A DNA stretch of 64,000 bases, taken from assembly GCA_009908745.1 (NCBI GenBank), contig JAAAOU010000364.1, positions 309-64,308 on the forward strand, given 5' to 3'. Below, in pieces: positions 46,886-56,633 of the stretch. Under the pieces are notes generated by a model, which saw nothing but the letters and a program-made list of their open reading frames with translations, had not been told where the DNA came from and made no database searches. The DNA comes from Bacteroidota bacterium. Its GTDB lineage: Bacteria > Bacteroidota > Bacteroidia > Chitinophagales > Saprospiraceae. The translations under genes and the position numbers were made by a program. The stretch's first letter is position 1. Every line of letters begins with the position of its first letter.

Positions 46886-47575
46886 ATGTCCATTACGATA
46901 CAAATGCAGCTGAACGAAAACTTGTACCTGCGCGACCCGCAGAACACCAACTTGGGCAAGCGTATCATTCAGTACAGTATCATCCTGATCGACGAAATTG
47001 GCTTTGAGGCTTTTACCTTCAAGAAGCTCGCCAAGCGCATCAAATCCACAGAAGCTAGCGTCTACCGCTACTTTGAAAACAAGCACAAGCTGCTGGTATA
47101 CCTGCTGTGCTGGTACTGGGAGTGGATGAAGTTCCGTATTGATTTCAACACGATGAACATTGATGACCCCAAACGCAAAATGAAGATCGCAATTTCCTCC
47201 ATCGTGGATACGTCCCGCCGTAATACCTCAATCGAGTTCGTGGACGAAGATGTGCTGCACCGTATTGTGGTAGCCGAAGCGACTAAAGCCTACCATACCA
47301 AAGAAGTGGACGAGGAGAACAAAAAAGGCTTTTTTCTGACCTACAAGAGCTTGGCCAAGCGCATTGCCCAGATTGCCCAGGAAGTCAATCCGGATTACCC
47401 CTACCCCCGGGCGCTAGCCAGCACGCTGCTGGAAATGGCGAACAACCACATCTACTTTGCCCTGCACCTCCCTTCTTTGACGGATGTAGAAGTGCGAGAG
47501 GGAGACCTCAGCCAAGTGGAGCGATTGCTAGAAGGCTTTGCTTTCGGTTTGCTCGGGGTCAATCAAACATCTTAG
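46886..47575 (+). CDS. TetR/AcrR-family regulator
   Basis: LGKRIIQYSI.LIDEIGFEAFTFKKLA..I.STEASVYRYFENKHKLL; 3' end overlaps parC by 17 bp. Confidence 0.92.
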   Translation: MSITIQMQLNENLYLRDPQNTNLGKRIIQYSIILIDEIGFEAFTFKKLAKRIKSTEASVYRYFENKHKLLVYLLCWYWEWMKFRIDFNTMNIDDPKRKMKIAISSIVDTSRRNTSIEFVDEDVLHRIVVAEATKAYHTKEVDEENKKGFFLTYKSLAKRIAQIAQEVNPDYPYPRALASTLLEMANNHIYFALHLPSLTDVEVREGDLSQVERLLEGFAFGLLGVNQTS

Positions 47576-50177
47576 TCTGTCCGTTGCCCTCTACATCGAA
47601 GTCAATGCTGTCGCCCGCTTTTAGCTTGTCAGCATTGCCCCCTTTTCCCGCCGGTTGCTCTTTGCCTTCGATTTCCTTGACACTCGTCAGGCGTTGGTCA
47701 CTGACTTTGTTGCCGACTGCCCGCCAGCCTTTGACGTCTATGAACTCGGCTATCTGCAGTTCTTGGTCCACTTTCTTGCTGCCATCCTTAATTTTGTAAG
47801 CAATAGCCGGCGAGGGCTTCACCGAAGCAAACAGCAGCTTGCTCTTTTTGTGCTCTGTGATGAAAGGGAAGCGCTGTTCGGTACTGCTCGTTTCGATTTG
47901 GAAGCGCTTGACGACACTCCAGCCCCGTTCCCCTTCGTAGTAGACCGCGCTGATGACTTGGTCAGGGTCGAATTTGCCAATATGCACCAGTTCCTTAGGT
48001 GCAAACTTTTTGTTCGGGTCAAAGTCGGCGATTTCGTAGCTGCCCTCTTTGTAGATCGCCAAGATTTGGTCGCCGGTGTCGAAGTCGCCCAAGAACAAGC
48101 CCCGCTCATCCGTATTCAGGCGGCCGCTCACCTCGTCCATCCACACCTTTATGGCACCTAGGGTAGATTTGCCGGCTTCTTTCAGGCTCACCTTTCGTAC
48201 GGGGTACTTAGTGACGGTATTGCCCTTGGAGCCGCGCCCTTTGATGTCGAGCTCGGCAAAGTCGAAGTCAAACACTTTTTTCCGGGCCCGGCTGCCGGGG
48301 GTTAATTGTACGGTCACTACCTCAGCTTCGCCGTTGGGGTTAGCGGTGAAATAGAGCAGTTTAGAATTCTTCTCGCCGGTCGTCATGTCGTACTCCCGGT
48401 CTCGGGTAATGGACTTGACGTTGAAGCGTTTGGCGTAGGTACGCCCCGTTTTGCCGTCTATGTACATCATATTGTACGTCGTACGGTCGTCGCCCTTTTT
48501 CCAGACATCGACATGGACGATATCCTTACCGACGAACACCTTATCATCGATACGGGAGACCTGAAATTTGCCATCCTTACGGAAAACGATGATATCGTCA
48601 ATATCGGAGCAGTCGCAGACGAATTCTTCCTTTTTCAAGCTGGTACCGATGAAGCCGGCTTTGCGGTTGACGTACAGTTTGGCGTTGGCAGCAACCACAT
48701 CGGAGGCGTCGATAGATTCAAACGTGGTGATCTTAGTACGGCGTTCGCGGCCTTTGCCGTGTTTTTTGAGGAGTTCTTCAAAGTAGGCGACCGCGTAGTC
48801 CGTCAGGTGGTCTAGATTATGCTGTACCTGCTTCAGCTCTTCCTCTAGTTTGGCCATGAGCTCCTCGGCCTTGAAGGAATTGTACTTGGAGATGCGCTTG
48901 ATCTTGATTTCTGTAAGGCGGACCAGGTCCTCCTCGGAAATGTCGCGCATCAACAGCAGCCGATCGTCCCCTTTTTTAGCTTTTTCGCCGGGCACCCGGA
49001 CGTATTTGCGCAGGCCGCCCTCCACCGCTTCTAGGACTTCTTCCCAAGTCTCGCACTCTTCGATATCGCGGTAGATGCGCTGTTCGATGAATATTTTTTC
49101 TAGGCTGGCGAAGTGCAGCTTTTCCTGTAGTTCTCCTTTGCGGATTTCGAGTTCCTGCCGCAGCAATTCTTTGGTTTGCTCCGTGCACTGCTCCAGGATA
49201 TCCTGTACGCTGATGAAGTGCGGTTTATCCTCGATAATGACGCAGGCGTTCGGAGAGATGGAGATTTCGCAGTGGGTAAAGGCGTAGAGCGCGTCCATCG
49301 TCAGATCCGGCGACACCCCGTTGCCCAGTTCTACTAGTATTTCCACCTCTTCGGCGGTGTTGTCGACGACGCGCTTGATTTTGATTTTGCCCTTGTCGTT
49401 GGCCTTGAGGATGCTGTCGATCAGCCCCTGCGTGGTCACGCCGTAGGGCAATTCGCGTACGGCGAGCGTATTTTTGTCGACAATCTCAATAGGTGCCCGC
49501 ACTTTCACGCGGCCGCCCCGCTTGCCGTCGTTGTAGTCGGAGACGTCGATCAAGCCTCCGGTCTGAAAATCCGGGTATATCTTCACCCGTTTGCCCTGTA
49601 GCATCTTGATAGAGGCTTTGATGAGCTCTACAAAGTTGTGAGGCAATACTTTGGTAGACAAGCCCACCGCGATGCCGTCGGCCCCTTGTGCCAGTAGCAT
49701 AGGGAACTTCATGGGCAGGTCGATGGGCTCTTTTTTGCGGCCGTCGTAGCTGAGCTGCCACTCCGTAGTTTGCGGGTTGAAGGCCACGTCGAGGGCAAAT
49801 TTCGTCAGCCGGGCTTCGATGTAGCGGGAAGCGGCGGCGCTGTCCCCTGTGCGTACGTCTCCCCAGTTGCCCTGCGGGTCGATGAGGAGGTCTTTTTGCC
49901 CCATGTTCACCAGGGCGTCGCCGATAGCCGCATCGCCGTGCGGGTGGTACTGCATGGTTTGCCCGATGATGTTGGCTACTTTGTGGTAGCGGCCGTCGTG
50001 CATCTCCCGCATAGCGTGCAGTATGCGCCGTTGTACCGGCTTCAGCCCATCTCCGATACTCGGGACCGCGCGTTCAAGGATAACGTAGGAGGCGTAGTCG
50101 AGGAAGTAGTCCTCGTACATGCCCTGTAGGTTGATCACATTGTCTTGGCCGTTCTGTTCTGCCGCTTGTTTGCTCAT
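47559..50177 (-). CDS. parC: DNA topoisomerase IV subunit A (Bacteroidota ParC)
   Basis: FLDYASYVILERAVP..DGLKPVQRRIL, YHPHGD, AAASRYIEARL, GIAVG; start placed at ATG 50177. Confidence 0.93.
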   Translation of the reverse strand: MSKQAAEQNGQDNVINLQGMYEDYFLDYASYVILERAVPSIGDGLKPVQRRILHAMREMHDGRYHKVANIIGQTMQYHPHGDAAIGDALVNMGQKDLLIDPQGNWGDVRTGDSAAASRYIEARLTKFALDVAFNPQTTEWQLSYDGRKKEPIDLPMKFPMLLAQGADGIAVGLSTKVLPHNFVELIKASIKMLQGKRVKIYPDFQTGGLIDVSDYNDGKRGGRVKVRAPIEIVDKNTLAVRELPYGVTTQGLIDSILKANDKGKIKIKRVVDNTAEEVEILVELGNGVSPDLTMDALYAFTHCEISISPNACVIIEDKPHFISVQDILEQCTEQTKELLRQELEIRKGELQEKLHFASLEKIFIEQRIYRDIEECETWEEVLEAVEGGLRKYVRVPGEKAKKGDDRLLLMRDISEEDLVRLTEIKIKRISKYNSFKAEELMAKLEEELKQVQHNLDHLTDYAVAYFEELLKKHGKGRERRTKITTFESIDASDVVAANAKLYVNRKAGFIGTSLKKEEFVCDCSDIDDIIVFRKDGKFQVSRIDDKVFVGKDIVHVDVWKKGDDRTTYNMMYIDGKTGRTYAKRFNVKSITRDREYDMTTGEKNSKLLYFTANPNGEAEVVTVQLTPGSRARKKVFDFDFAELDIKGRGSKGNTVTKYPVRKVSLKEAGKSTLGAIKVWMDEVSGRLNTDERGLFLGDFDTGDQILAIYKEGSYEIADFDPNKKFAPKELVHIGKFDPDQVISAVYYEGERGWSVVKRFQIETSSTEQRFPFITEHKKSKLLFASVKPSPAIAYKIKDGSKKVDQELQIAEFIDVKGWRAVGNKVSDQRLTSVKEIEGKEQPAGKGGNADKLKAGDSIDFDVEGNGQTKMFD

Positions 50178-50206
50178 GCTCTGTAAAGGTAAATCGACAT
50201 TTTGCT

Positions 50207-50214
50207 CAAAAGTA
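50207..50214 (-). promoter_or_regulatory. TAnnTTTG -7 element for parC
   Basis: Minus-strand TActTTTG 29 bp upstream of ATG 50177; supports this start. Confidence 0.55.
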
Positions 50215-50393
50215 CAAAAATACCGTGAATTTTTAAAACAAATAGTTTTTAAAGCAAAGGCACAAAACAAGTGCTTTGAAGCGTGGTTGGGCAGCGGATT
50301 ATCGGTTTACGCCGTTCATTATAGGTACAGCTTTTACCTACACCGGTTGTAAATATTGTCAAATTGGGCTAATTTGCACGAATTGAATCGTAC

Positions 50394-50936
50394 ATGAATA
50401 TCGCTTTGCCCTTAGAAAACGAAGAAGAAGGACTAATACAAGCCTGCGTCCGCCGGGAACGTTGGGCACAACAGGCGTTGTATGAAACCTACTACAGCCA
50501 AATGATGGGGGTATGCCTGCGCTATGCCAACGACGAAGAGGAGGCACTCGATATTCTGCACGAAGGATTCATCAAAGTATTCCGGCACATCAAAAAATAC
50601 CAGCCGGGGACATCGCTGACTGCGTGGGTGCGGCGCATCATGGTCAATACATCTATTGACTACTACCGCAAAAATATGCGGCGCCGGACGGAGGATATCG
50701 AGCAGGCCTATGACTTGAGCGCCACGGATGCGGATGCGATCAGTCAGTGCTCCGAACGCGAGATACTGGCCGCTATACAGGAACTCACCCCGGCCTACCG
50801 GGCGGTTTTCAACCTGTATGTCATTGAGGGGTACTCCCACCGGGAAATTGCCGAAATGATGGATATCACGGAGAGTACCTCCCGCTCCAATTTGGTAAAA
50901 GCTCGACTGAAACTGAAAGAAATGCTAAGTGCCTAG
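50394..50936 (+). CDS. ECF sigma factor
   Basis: AQQALYE.YY..MMGVCLRYA...EA.DILHEGFIKVF, WVRRIMVNT.ID.YRK, VFNLYVIEGYSHREIA. Confidence 0.93.
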   Translation: MNIALPLENEEEGLIQACVRRERWAQQALYETYYSQMMGVCLRYANDEEEALDILHEGFIKVFRHIKKYQPGTSLTAWVRRIMVNTSIDYYRKNMRRRTEDIEQAYDLSATDADAISQCSEREILAAIQELTPAYRAVFNLYVIEGYSHREIAEMMDITESTSRSNLVKARLKLKEMLSA

Positions 50937-50945
50937 GAGCAAAAC

Positions 50946-52442
50946 ATGAAGAGACCATTACGACATCGACTGGACCGGATAATCAGGGAACGCCTAGAGG
51001 GCTTGCATCCTCCTTATGACCCTACGCACTGGGAGCAACTGGAAGAGCAATTGGACGGGGGCGCGCTGGAAGACGAAGTGCCTGCCGGCCGGCCAGAGCT
51101 GGGTCATAAAGAATTGGATGCGGCGCTGTTTGAGAAAATGCACCGTTACGAAGCGCCTTATCAAGGCACGCACTGGGCTCAGATGGAGCAAAAATTGCAA
51201 CGGGTTTTCGAATGGCCCGCTCTTGTCTTGCGCTACAAGGCTTTGGAGGTCGCACTGACGCTGCTGTTGTTCTTGGGGTTGTGGCAACACTTGCCTACTA
51301 CACCCGGCCTTACTGATATTCAGGCTTTCCGCATTCCGATGTTGCCCGCTCAGCAGCAGGCAGAAGGGGCAGCCAATGATGATAATAGGGCAGGGCAAGC
51401 AGCCGGGCAACCCTCTGCCGACCGTACGGCCCCTGAAACTGAAACCGCCACAACTTCTTCCTCTACAGCCATAGCGGGACGGCCGGCTTCCAAGCTGTCA
51501 ACCGGCGATGGAAGCCCTGTAACTTTGCCCTTCCTGCCGGCACGCACGCCAAATTTGAAGGCTAGCCGAGGCAGGCTATCGAGCCTACCGGACGGGCTTT
51601 CGCTCGCCGGCTTACCCGAGCAAGCTACAACTCAGGCCGCTATGGTAGCCCCTATTGACCGATTGGAGCCGTCAGCCCTCTCGTATGACCGCAAATGGCT
51701 AAACGGCGTGCAAGCCGCACGGGCAAAGCGAGCTACGGTACTCCGTTTGGGGATGTTTGGCAACGGGGAGTACAACCATATACTGGTACCCGCAAGTGAA
51801 GACCAGCGCCTGAGCGAAAGCTTTGAACGGGCAGCTTGGGGGTATGGCGGCGGCTTGTCACTGAGTGTGGATTTTGGCCGTGTAGAACTAGGAACGGGGC
51901 TGGTATACGCAGCGCGCCGTTACCCAGTCGGTATTGTGTACTTAGAAGGAAGCGTGGCCGAAGGGTTTGAAGGCGATGAACTGCGTACTACCGAGCTGAA
52001 TATAGTGAACCTGCCCATACACTTGCGGTACGATATGGTACAGCGGGGCAAATGGCGGGGCTACATCTTGGGTGGAGCTGCCGTGCAGGTGGCTTTCCAG
52101 ACCAGTTACTTCACCGCCGATGCGCCGCCACAGTACAACTTTCGCCCCGCTATGCCTATCCCTACGGATGGCGGAAGCGATGGGGCGGAAAAAGCGATTG
52201 ACCGGATTCGTCAAAACGGTGTGGGCTGGTTTGAAGGCGGCAGCTTCAAGGACAATGCTTACCTGACCGCGAATTTCGGTTTTGGCGTAGAGCGCTTTAT
52301 ATCCGATCGGTGGAGCCTGTTTGCGCAGCCGGTATACCAGCACTCTTTCCATTACTTCAAAAATATAGACGGCTTAGGGCCGAATAAGGACCGCATTAAC
52401 TCTCTGTCTGTGCTATTCGGTACCCGGGTGCGTTTGAAGTAG
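50946..52442 (+). CDS. Putative anti-sigma factor: cytoplasmic N-domain, one TM helix, low-complexity linker, C-terminal outer-membrane beta-barrel (Dma-like)
   Basis: Lies 9 bp after the ECF gene; two HW.Q.E..L modules; TM segment ALTLLLFLGLW; P/A/T/S-rich linker; alternating beta-strands ending SLSVLFGTRVRLK. Confidence 0.75.
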   Translation: MKRPLRHRLDRIIRERLEGLHPPYDPTHWEQLEEQLDGGALEDEVPAGRPELGHKELDAALFEKMHRYEAPYQGTHWAQMEQKLQRVFEWPALVLRYKALEVALTLLLFLGLWQHLPTTPGLTDIQAFRIPMLPAQQQAEGAANDDNRAGQAAGQPSADRTAPETETATTSSSTAIAGRPASKLSTGDGSPVTLPFLPARTPNLKASRGRLSSLPDGLSLAGLPEQATTQAAMVAPIDRLEPSALSYDRKWLNGVQAARAKRATVLRLGMFGNGEYNHILVPASEDQRLSESFERAAWGYGGGLSLSVDFGRVELGTGLVYAARRYPVGIVYLEGSVAEGFEGDELRTTELNIVNLPIHLRYDMVQRGKWRGYILGGAAVQVAFQTSYFTADAPPQYNFRPAMPIPTDGGSDGAEKAIDRIRQNGVGWFEGGSFKDNAYLTANFGFGVERFISDRWSLFAQPVYQHSFHYFKNIDGLGPNKDRINSLSVLFGTRVRLK

Positions 52443-52445
52443 GCC

Positions 52446-53162
52446 TCAATATGGTGCCTGCGTTTCCTCTACCCGCAAGCGGAAACCGACGCCGTGGATA
52501 TTCTCAATCTGTAGCCGTTTGTCTGCTTTTAGGTATTTGCGTAAGCGCGAAATGAACACATCAAGGCTGCGCCCAAGGAAGTAGTCGTCTTCTCCCCATA
52601 GTTGCTCCAAAATATCGGAACGCCGGATGACTTGATTTTGCTGTTGGGCGAACACGTTCAGCAAGTCGGCTTCTTTCTGCGTCAGGCGGCGGCTTCCCTC
52701 TTCGTCTTTTAACGCCAAGTTAGGATAGTCAAACCAGAAGCGGCCCAGCCGGTACTGGCCAGAAGAAGGCGGGACGTTTACGCTGCTGCGGCGCAGGAAA
52801 ACCTCCACTTTCAAAATCAACTCCTCGATGCTGAAGGGCTTGGTGATGTAGTCGTCGGCTCCCAATCGCAAGCCATGCAGGCGGTCTTCTTTCAGCGATT
52901 TGGCGGTAAGGAACAGTATCGGCGTCTGTTCGTCATGGGCCCGGATGGCTCTAGCGATGGCAAACCCATCTGTGTCGGGTAACATCACATCCAGTATGTA
53001 GAGGTCGAAGGCCTCCTCTTTGCCGCCCTCGATCATTTCGAGTGCCTCGCCGCCGCTGATGCAGTGGGTGACTTGGTAGCCTTGCAGCTCCAAGTTGTCT
53101 TTGGTGACGTAACTGAGGCTTTCATCGTCTTCGACGTATAGAATGTGTGCTTTTTGGGCCAT
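52446..53162 (-). CDS. OmpR-family response regulator (RprY-like)
   Basis: ILYVEDD, LDVMLP..DGF, FLTAK, GADDYITKPF, RSLDVFISRLRK, IENIHGVGF. Confidence 0.95.
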   Translation of the reverse strand: MAQKAHILYVEDDESLSYVTKDNLELQGYQVTHCISGGEALEMIEGGKEEAFDLYILDVMLPDTDGFAIARAIRAHDEQTPILFLTAKSLKEDRLHGLRLGADDYITKPFSIEELILKVEVFLRRSSVNVPPSSGQYRLGRFWFDYPNLALKDEEGSRRLTQKEADLLNVFAQQQNQVIRRSDILEQLWGEDDYFLGRSLDVFISRLRKYLKADKRLQIENIHGVGFRLRVEETQAPY

Positions 53163-53178
53163 AGTGTGCGGTTATCAA

Positions 53179-54531
53179 TTAAGCAGGGTCTGCGATTCGG
53201 GTTGAGAAATACTTGATTTTACGGCGCGACCAGCGTTGGAACCGCTGCCAGGGTGAGGCTTGCGCCAGCGGGATGAGCAGGTCAACGGTTGTCCCTTGCC
53301 CCTTTTGGCTATTCAACAGCAGGGACCAGCCATGGGCGTCGCAAATGCTCTTGACGTAGTAAAGCCCCAGGCCGAAGCCTTTCACGTTGTGAATGTTACC
53401 TGTAGGTATACGGTAGAACTTGTTGAAAATACGATTGAGGTATTCTTTGGAAATACCAATCCCCTCATCGGTAATCTGTATGTGTACCTGCCGCTCGTCT
53501 ACCGTAGCGCGAAAGTTGATACGGGGCTGGTCTTTGCAGTATTTGATGGCGTTGTCCAACAGGTTATGCAGTATATTCGTAAAGTGCAAACGATCGGCTT
53601 GCAAGACTACGCCGGCGGTGTCGACCTGGCTTATCAGGGTGCCGCCCTGCTTCTCCACCCGGACGGCTGTGCTGTCCACGATGCGATTGAGTAGGCTATC
53701 CAGCTCAAAGGGTTCTTTTTTCAACTCAAAGCTCCCTTGGTCGATGTGGGCCAATTGCAAGACTTTTTCCACCTGATGGTTGAGCCGCTGGTTTTGCTCT
53801 TTAAGGATGCCAGCGTAGCGGTTGAGGCGCTTGTCCGACTGCACCTCATCGGCGCTGGCGAAAACGTCGGCGGCGATGCGGATAGTGGAAATTGGGGTTT
53901 TGAACTCGTGCGTCATATTGTTGATAAAGTCCTTTTGCAGCTCTGAAAGCCGTTTTTGCCGGAGTATGACATACATAGAGTAAGAAAAAAACAAAATAAC
54001 GACGAGCAGCAAAACAGAAAAGACGATAGACAACTGCATACGCCCAAACAGATAGCCGGAACGGTTGGGGAATTTGACGCTGAAGTAGTACGTGAATTTG
54101 TCGTCTTTGGGCAGGTCGCCGAGCTTTGCTTCGTTGATCGGTTCGTGGGGTTTAAAACTGCAGTAGTTACCGTAGACCATCTCATTGGTGGTGCAGTCGT
54201 ACACCGCGTACTCAAAATCAACGTACAGTGCTAGGCGCTCGAGTTCCTTTTGGAGGAAATACTCCAAGTGCTCTTCGTCGATCTCGCTTTCGATATTGAC
54301 CACATAGGAGTTGGAGGTACGCTGGTTGACAATATTGCGGGCGGGAAGCTCGCCGCCGCTGAGCTCCACCAAGTCGCAAGCTACCCGGTAGAGGGCCAAG
54401 CTAGCTTTTTTGTTAAACTCCTCTTCGTTGATGTTCCACGTGCTGAGTACCCAATAGGCCTGCATGCCGATGATGCCGACTATGGCTACTGCGCCGAGTA
54501 TAATCACCCTGAAGATGGTACTGTTTTTCAT
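53179..54531 (-). CDS. Sensor histidine kinase
   Basis: Two TM helices; NMTHEFKTPIS (H-box), NLLDNAIKY, DEGIGI, FYR..GFGLGL. Confidence 0.95.
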   Translation of the reverse strand: MKNSTIFRVIILGAVAIVGIIGMQAYWVLSTWNINEEEFNKKASLALYRVACDLVELSGGELPARNIVNQRTSNSYVVNIESEIDEEHLEYFLQKELERLALYVDFEYAVYDCTTNEMVYGNYCSFKPHEPINEAKLGDLPKDDKFTYYFSVKFPNRSGYLFGRMQLSIVFSVLLLVVILFFSYSMYVILRQKRLSELQKDFINNMTHEFKTPISTIRIAADVFASADEVQSDKRLNRYAGILKEQNQRLNHQVEKVLQLAHIDQGSFELKKEPFELDSLLNRIVDSTAVRVEKQGGTLISQVDTAGVVLQADRLHFTNILHNLLDNAIKYCKDQPRINFRATVDERQVHIQITDEGIGISKEYLNRIFNKFYRIPTGNIHNVKGFGLGLYYVKSICDAHGWSLLLNSQKGQGTTVDLLIPLAQASPWQRFQRWSRRKIKYFSTRIADPA

Positions 54532-54660
54532 AGATACGCAGTGGGTTTCACTAAAAATATCTTCTCGTTCTGAGATATAGAAATCATTAACAGCAAATTA
54601 ACAAAGCCGGCCGACTGTATTTTAATGGAGGCAGAGTAGGCAAGTTTACCGGCTACGGTG

Positions 54661-54668
54661 TACATTTG
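54661..54668 (+). promoter_or_regulatory. TAnnTTTG -7 element for the DUF4271 gene
   Basis: TAcaTTTG just upstream of the CDS. Confidence 0.5.
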
Positions 54669-54676
54669 TAGATACT

Positions 54677-55603
54677 GTGCGGACAATAATGCAGAACATA
54701 TCAGTATCCAAAGGGTTTTTGCTACTCGTGTTTTGGCTGTCTTGTGGGGGCCTGCAGCTGATCTATGCCCAGAACAATCCTTTCGACTTAGTCCCCCGGC
54801 TGGGAGCAGTAGCGCCCAAGGACACCAACAAACTGGCGCCTACTGGCAACCCTTTCGATATTGTGCCGCCTAGTACAAGCAGCGAAGCCGCAAGGCCAGC
54901 GACATCCCGTTCGGTGGAGCCAGCGTTCAAGCTGGACCGCGAGCCCGTCGTGACCGTTGACAGTCAGTATCGCCGTTTACTGCTGATAGCCACTATGGCC
55001 AGCCTGCTTTTGCTCACCATTTTGGTCACTCTTTTCCGGGGGCAGCTCAGCCGCGCCTACCGGGCTTTTATCAGCGACAACATGCTCAATCAGCTACAGC
55101 GCGAGTTTGAGGGCGGTGGCGGTTTTCCCTACTACTTGTTTTACCTGTTATTTGTTTTTACGGCGGGCTTTTACCTATTCCTGCTTTCCCATCAGTTGGG
55201 CTACCACCTAGCGGGCACGCCTTTTTGGTCGCTGATGTACGGCATGGGGTTCGTCGCTGCTTTTTTCATAGCTAAGCACCTTATCTTAAGTTTTATCGGT
55301 TTTGTTTTCCCCGTTCAGAAAGCAATCGCTACCTACAACCTCACCATCATGGTGTTCAACATCGTACTGGGGCTCATTTTGATTGTTGCCAATTTACTGC
55401 TCGCCTATGTTTCGGGAGATGGGTTCGAGGTTTTGGCCTATGGCACCCTCGGCGCTATAGGAGCGGTATATGCTTTCCTGGCCCTGCGCGGTTTGTTGCT
55501 GGGCAGTCGTTTTCTCGCTTTTCACAAGTTCCACTTTTTGTTGTATATTTGCACCGTCGAAATCGCACCTATTGTAATCATTGCAAAGCTGATAATCAGT
55601 TAA
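54677..55603 (+). CDS. DUF4271 family membrane protein
   Basis: Multi-TM C-domain ending HFLLYICTVEIAP; precedes hemD as in many Bacteroidota. Exact start uncertain. Confidence 0.8.
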   Translation: MRTIMQNISVSKGFLLLVFWLSCGGLQLIYAQNNPFDLVPRLGAVAPKDTNKLAPTGNPFDIVPPSTSSEAARPATSRSVEPAFKLDREPVVTVDSQYRRLLLIATMASLLLLTILVTLFRGQLSRAYRAFISDNMLNQLQREFEGGGGFPYYLFYLLFVFTAGFYLFLLSHQLGYHLAGTPFWSLMYGMGFVAAFFIAKHLILSFIGFVFPVQKAIATYNLTIMVFNIVLGLILIVANLLLAYVSGDGFEVLAYGTLGAIGAVYAFLALRGLLLGSRFLAFHKFHFLLYICTVEIAPIVIIAKLIIS

Positions 55604-55753
55604 ATACGGCTGGTGCAGTATCAAAAGGGCCCACGGCGGCTGACGCCCCAACTCGATTTAAAGGCATGGAGCAGCGAATGGCTCTGTCGCCTTTTCCTTT
55701 TTCCGAGCCCTTTGTAATGTAATGGTATCTAGAAGGAACCAAAAACTTGTTGA

Positions 55754-56536
55754 ATGGCCGCTAACGGTAACGCGAAAGAAGAAAATTACAGACCAGTGAA
55801 GACCATCTTGGTCTCCCAACCCAAACCTGAACGTTCTCCTTATTTTGAGCTGGAAAAGAAGTACGGCCTTCAGATTGACTGGCGGCCTTTCATTCATGTA
55901 GAAGGCATACCGGCCAAGGAGTTCAGGAAGACCCGCATTAAGCCCAACGAGTACTCGGCGATCGTTTTCACTAGCAAGAATGCCATTGACCACTTCTTCC
56001 GTATCTGCGAAGACATGCGTATTAAGATGCCGGATGACACGAAGTACTTCTGTACGACGGAAGCGTTTGCCAACTATCTGCAGAAGTTCATCGTGTACCG
56101 CAAGCGCAAGGTGTTTTTCGGCAAACGCACGATTCAGGACCTTGCTCAGGCATTGAAAAAGCACAAGAAAGAAAAGTTTTTGCTGCCTTGCTCTAACCTA
56201 GGGGCCAAGCAAGTTTCTTCTTTTCTCGAAGACAATGGTTTTGACTGGCAAGACGCCATGATGTACAAAACGGTGAGCAGCGATTTGTCCGACCTCAGCG
56301 ACGTGACCTACGATGTGCTGGTGTTCTTCAGCCCGCTCGGTATCAAGTCACTGTTCGAGAACTTCCCCGACTTCAAGCAGAACGATACCCGCTTTGCCAT
56401 CTTTGGCAATTCTACTAGCAAAGAGGTGGAAGACAAAGGCTTGACCATTGACATAAAAGTCCCCAGCCCCGGCGTCACCTCTATGACGATGGCGTTGGAC
56501 CTCTACTTGCAAAAATCGAATAAAACCGATAAATAG
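55754..56536 (+). CDS. hemD: Uroporphyrinogen-III synthase (Bacteroidota type)
   Basis: VKTILVSQPKP..SPY..L.KKY...ID.RPFIHVEG, FTSKNAIDHFF, Y.TV.SDLSDL, FFSP.GI.SL..NFPDF. Confidence 0.9.
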   Translation: MAANGNAKEENYRPVKTILVSQPKPERSPYFELEKKYGLQIDWRPFIHVEGIPAKEFRKTRIKPNEYSAIVFTSKNAIDHFFRICEDMRIKMPDDTKYFCTTEAFANYLQKFIVYRKRKVFFGKRTIQDLAQALKKHKKEKFLLPCSNLGAKQVSSFLEDNGFDWQDAMMYKTVSSDLSDLSDVTYDVLVFFSPLGIKSLFENFPDFKQNDTRFAIFGNSTSKEVEDKGLTIDIKVPSPGVTSMTMALDLYLQKSNKTDK

Positions 56537-56576
56537 AACGGAAAGCGGTAGCTGCTCCAGGTTTTAATGTACAAGA

Positions 56577-56609
56577 CAAGCCCCGTTGTTGAACAAATAG
56601 CGGGGCTTG
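56577..56609. terminator. Hairpin between convergent hemD and methyltransferase genes
   Basis: caagccccgttgtt / aatagcggggcttg, 14-bp stem with two G-U pairs. Confidence 0.65.
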
Positions 56610-56633
56610 CCTTATCATAGTAGACCGCTGTAT

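Noticed and set aside
15049-50270. Long N-terminal extensions in the ORF track for serS, GT2, DEAD helicase and parC
   Set aside because: The extensions read through promoter or repeat DNA (e.g. the TAnnTTTG boxes translate as YFC/IFA); downstream starts match family N-termini.
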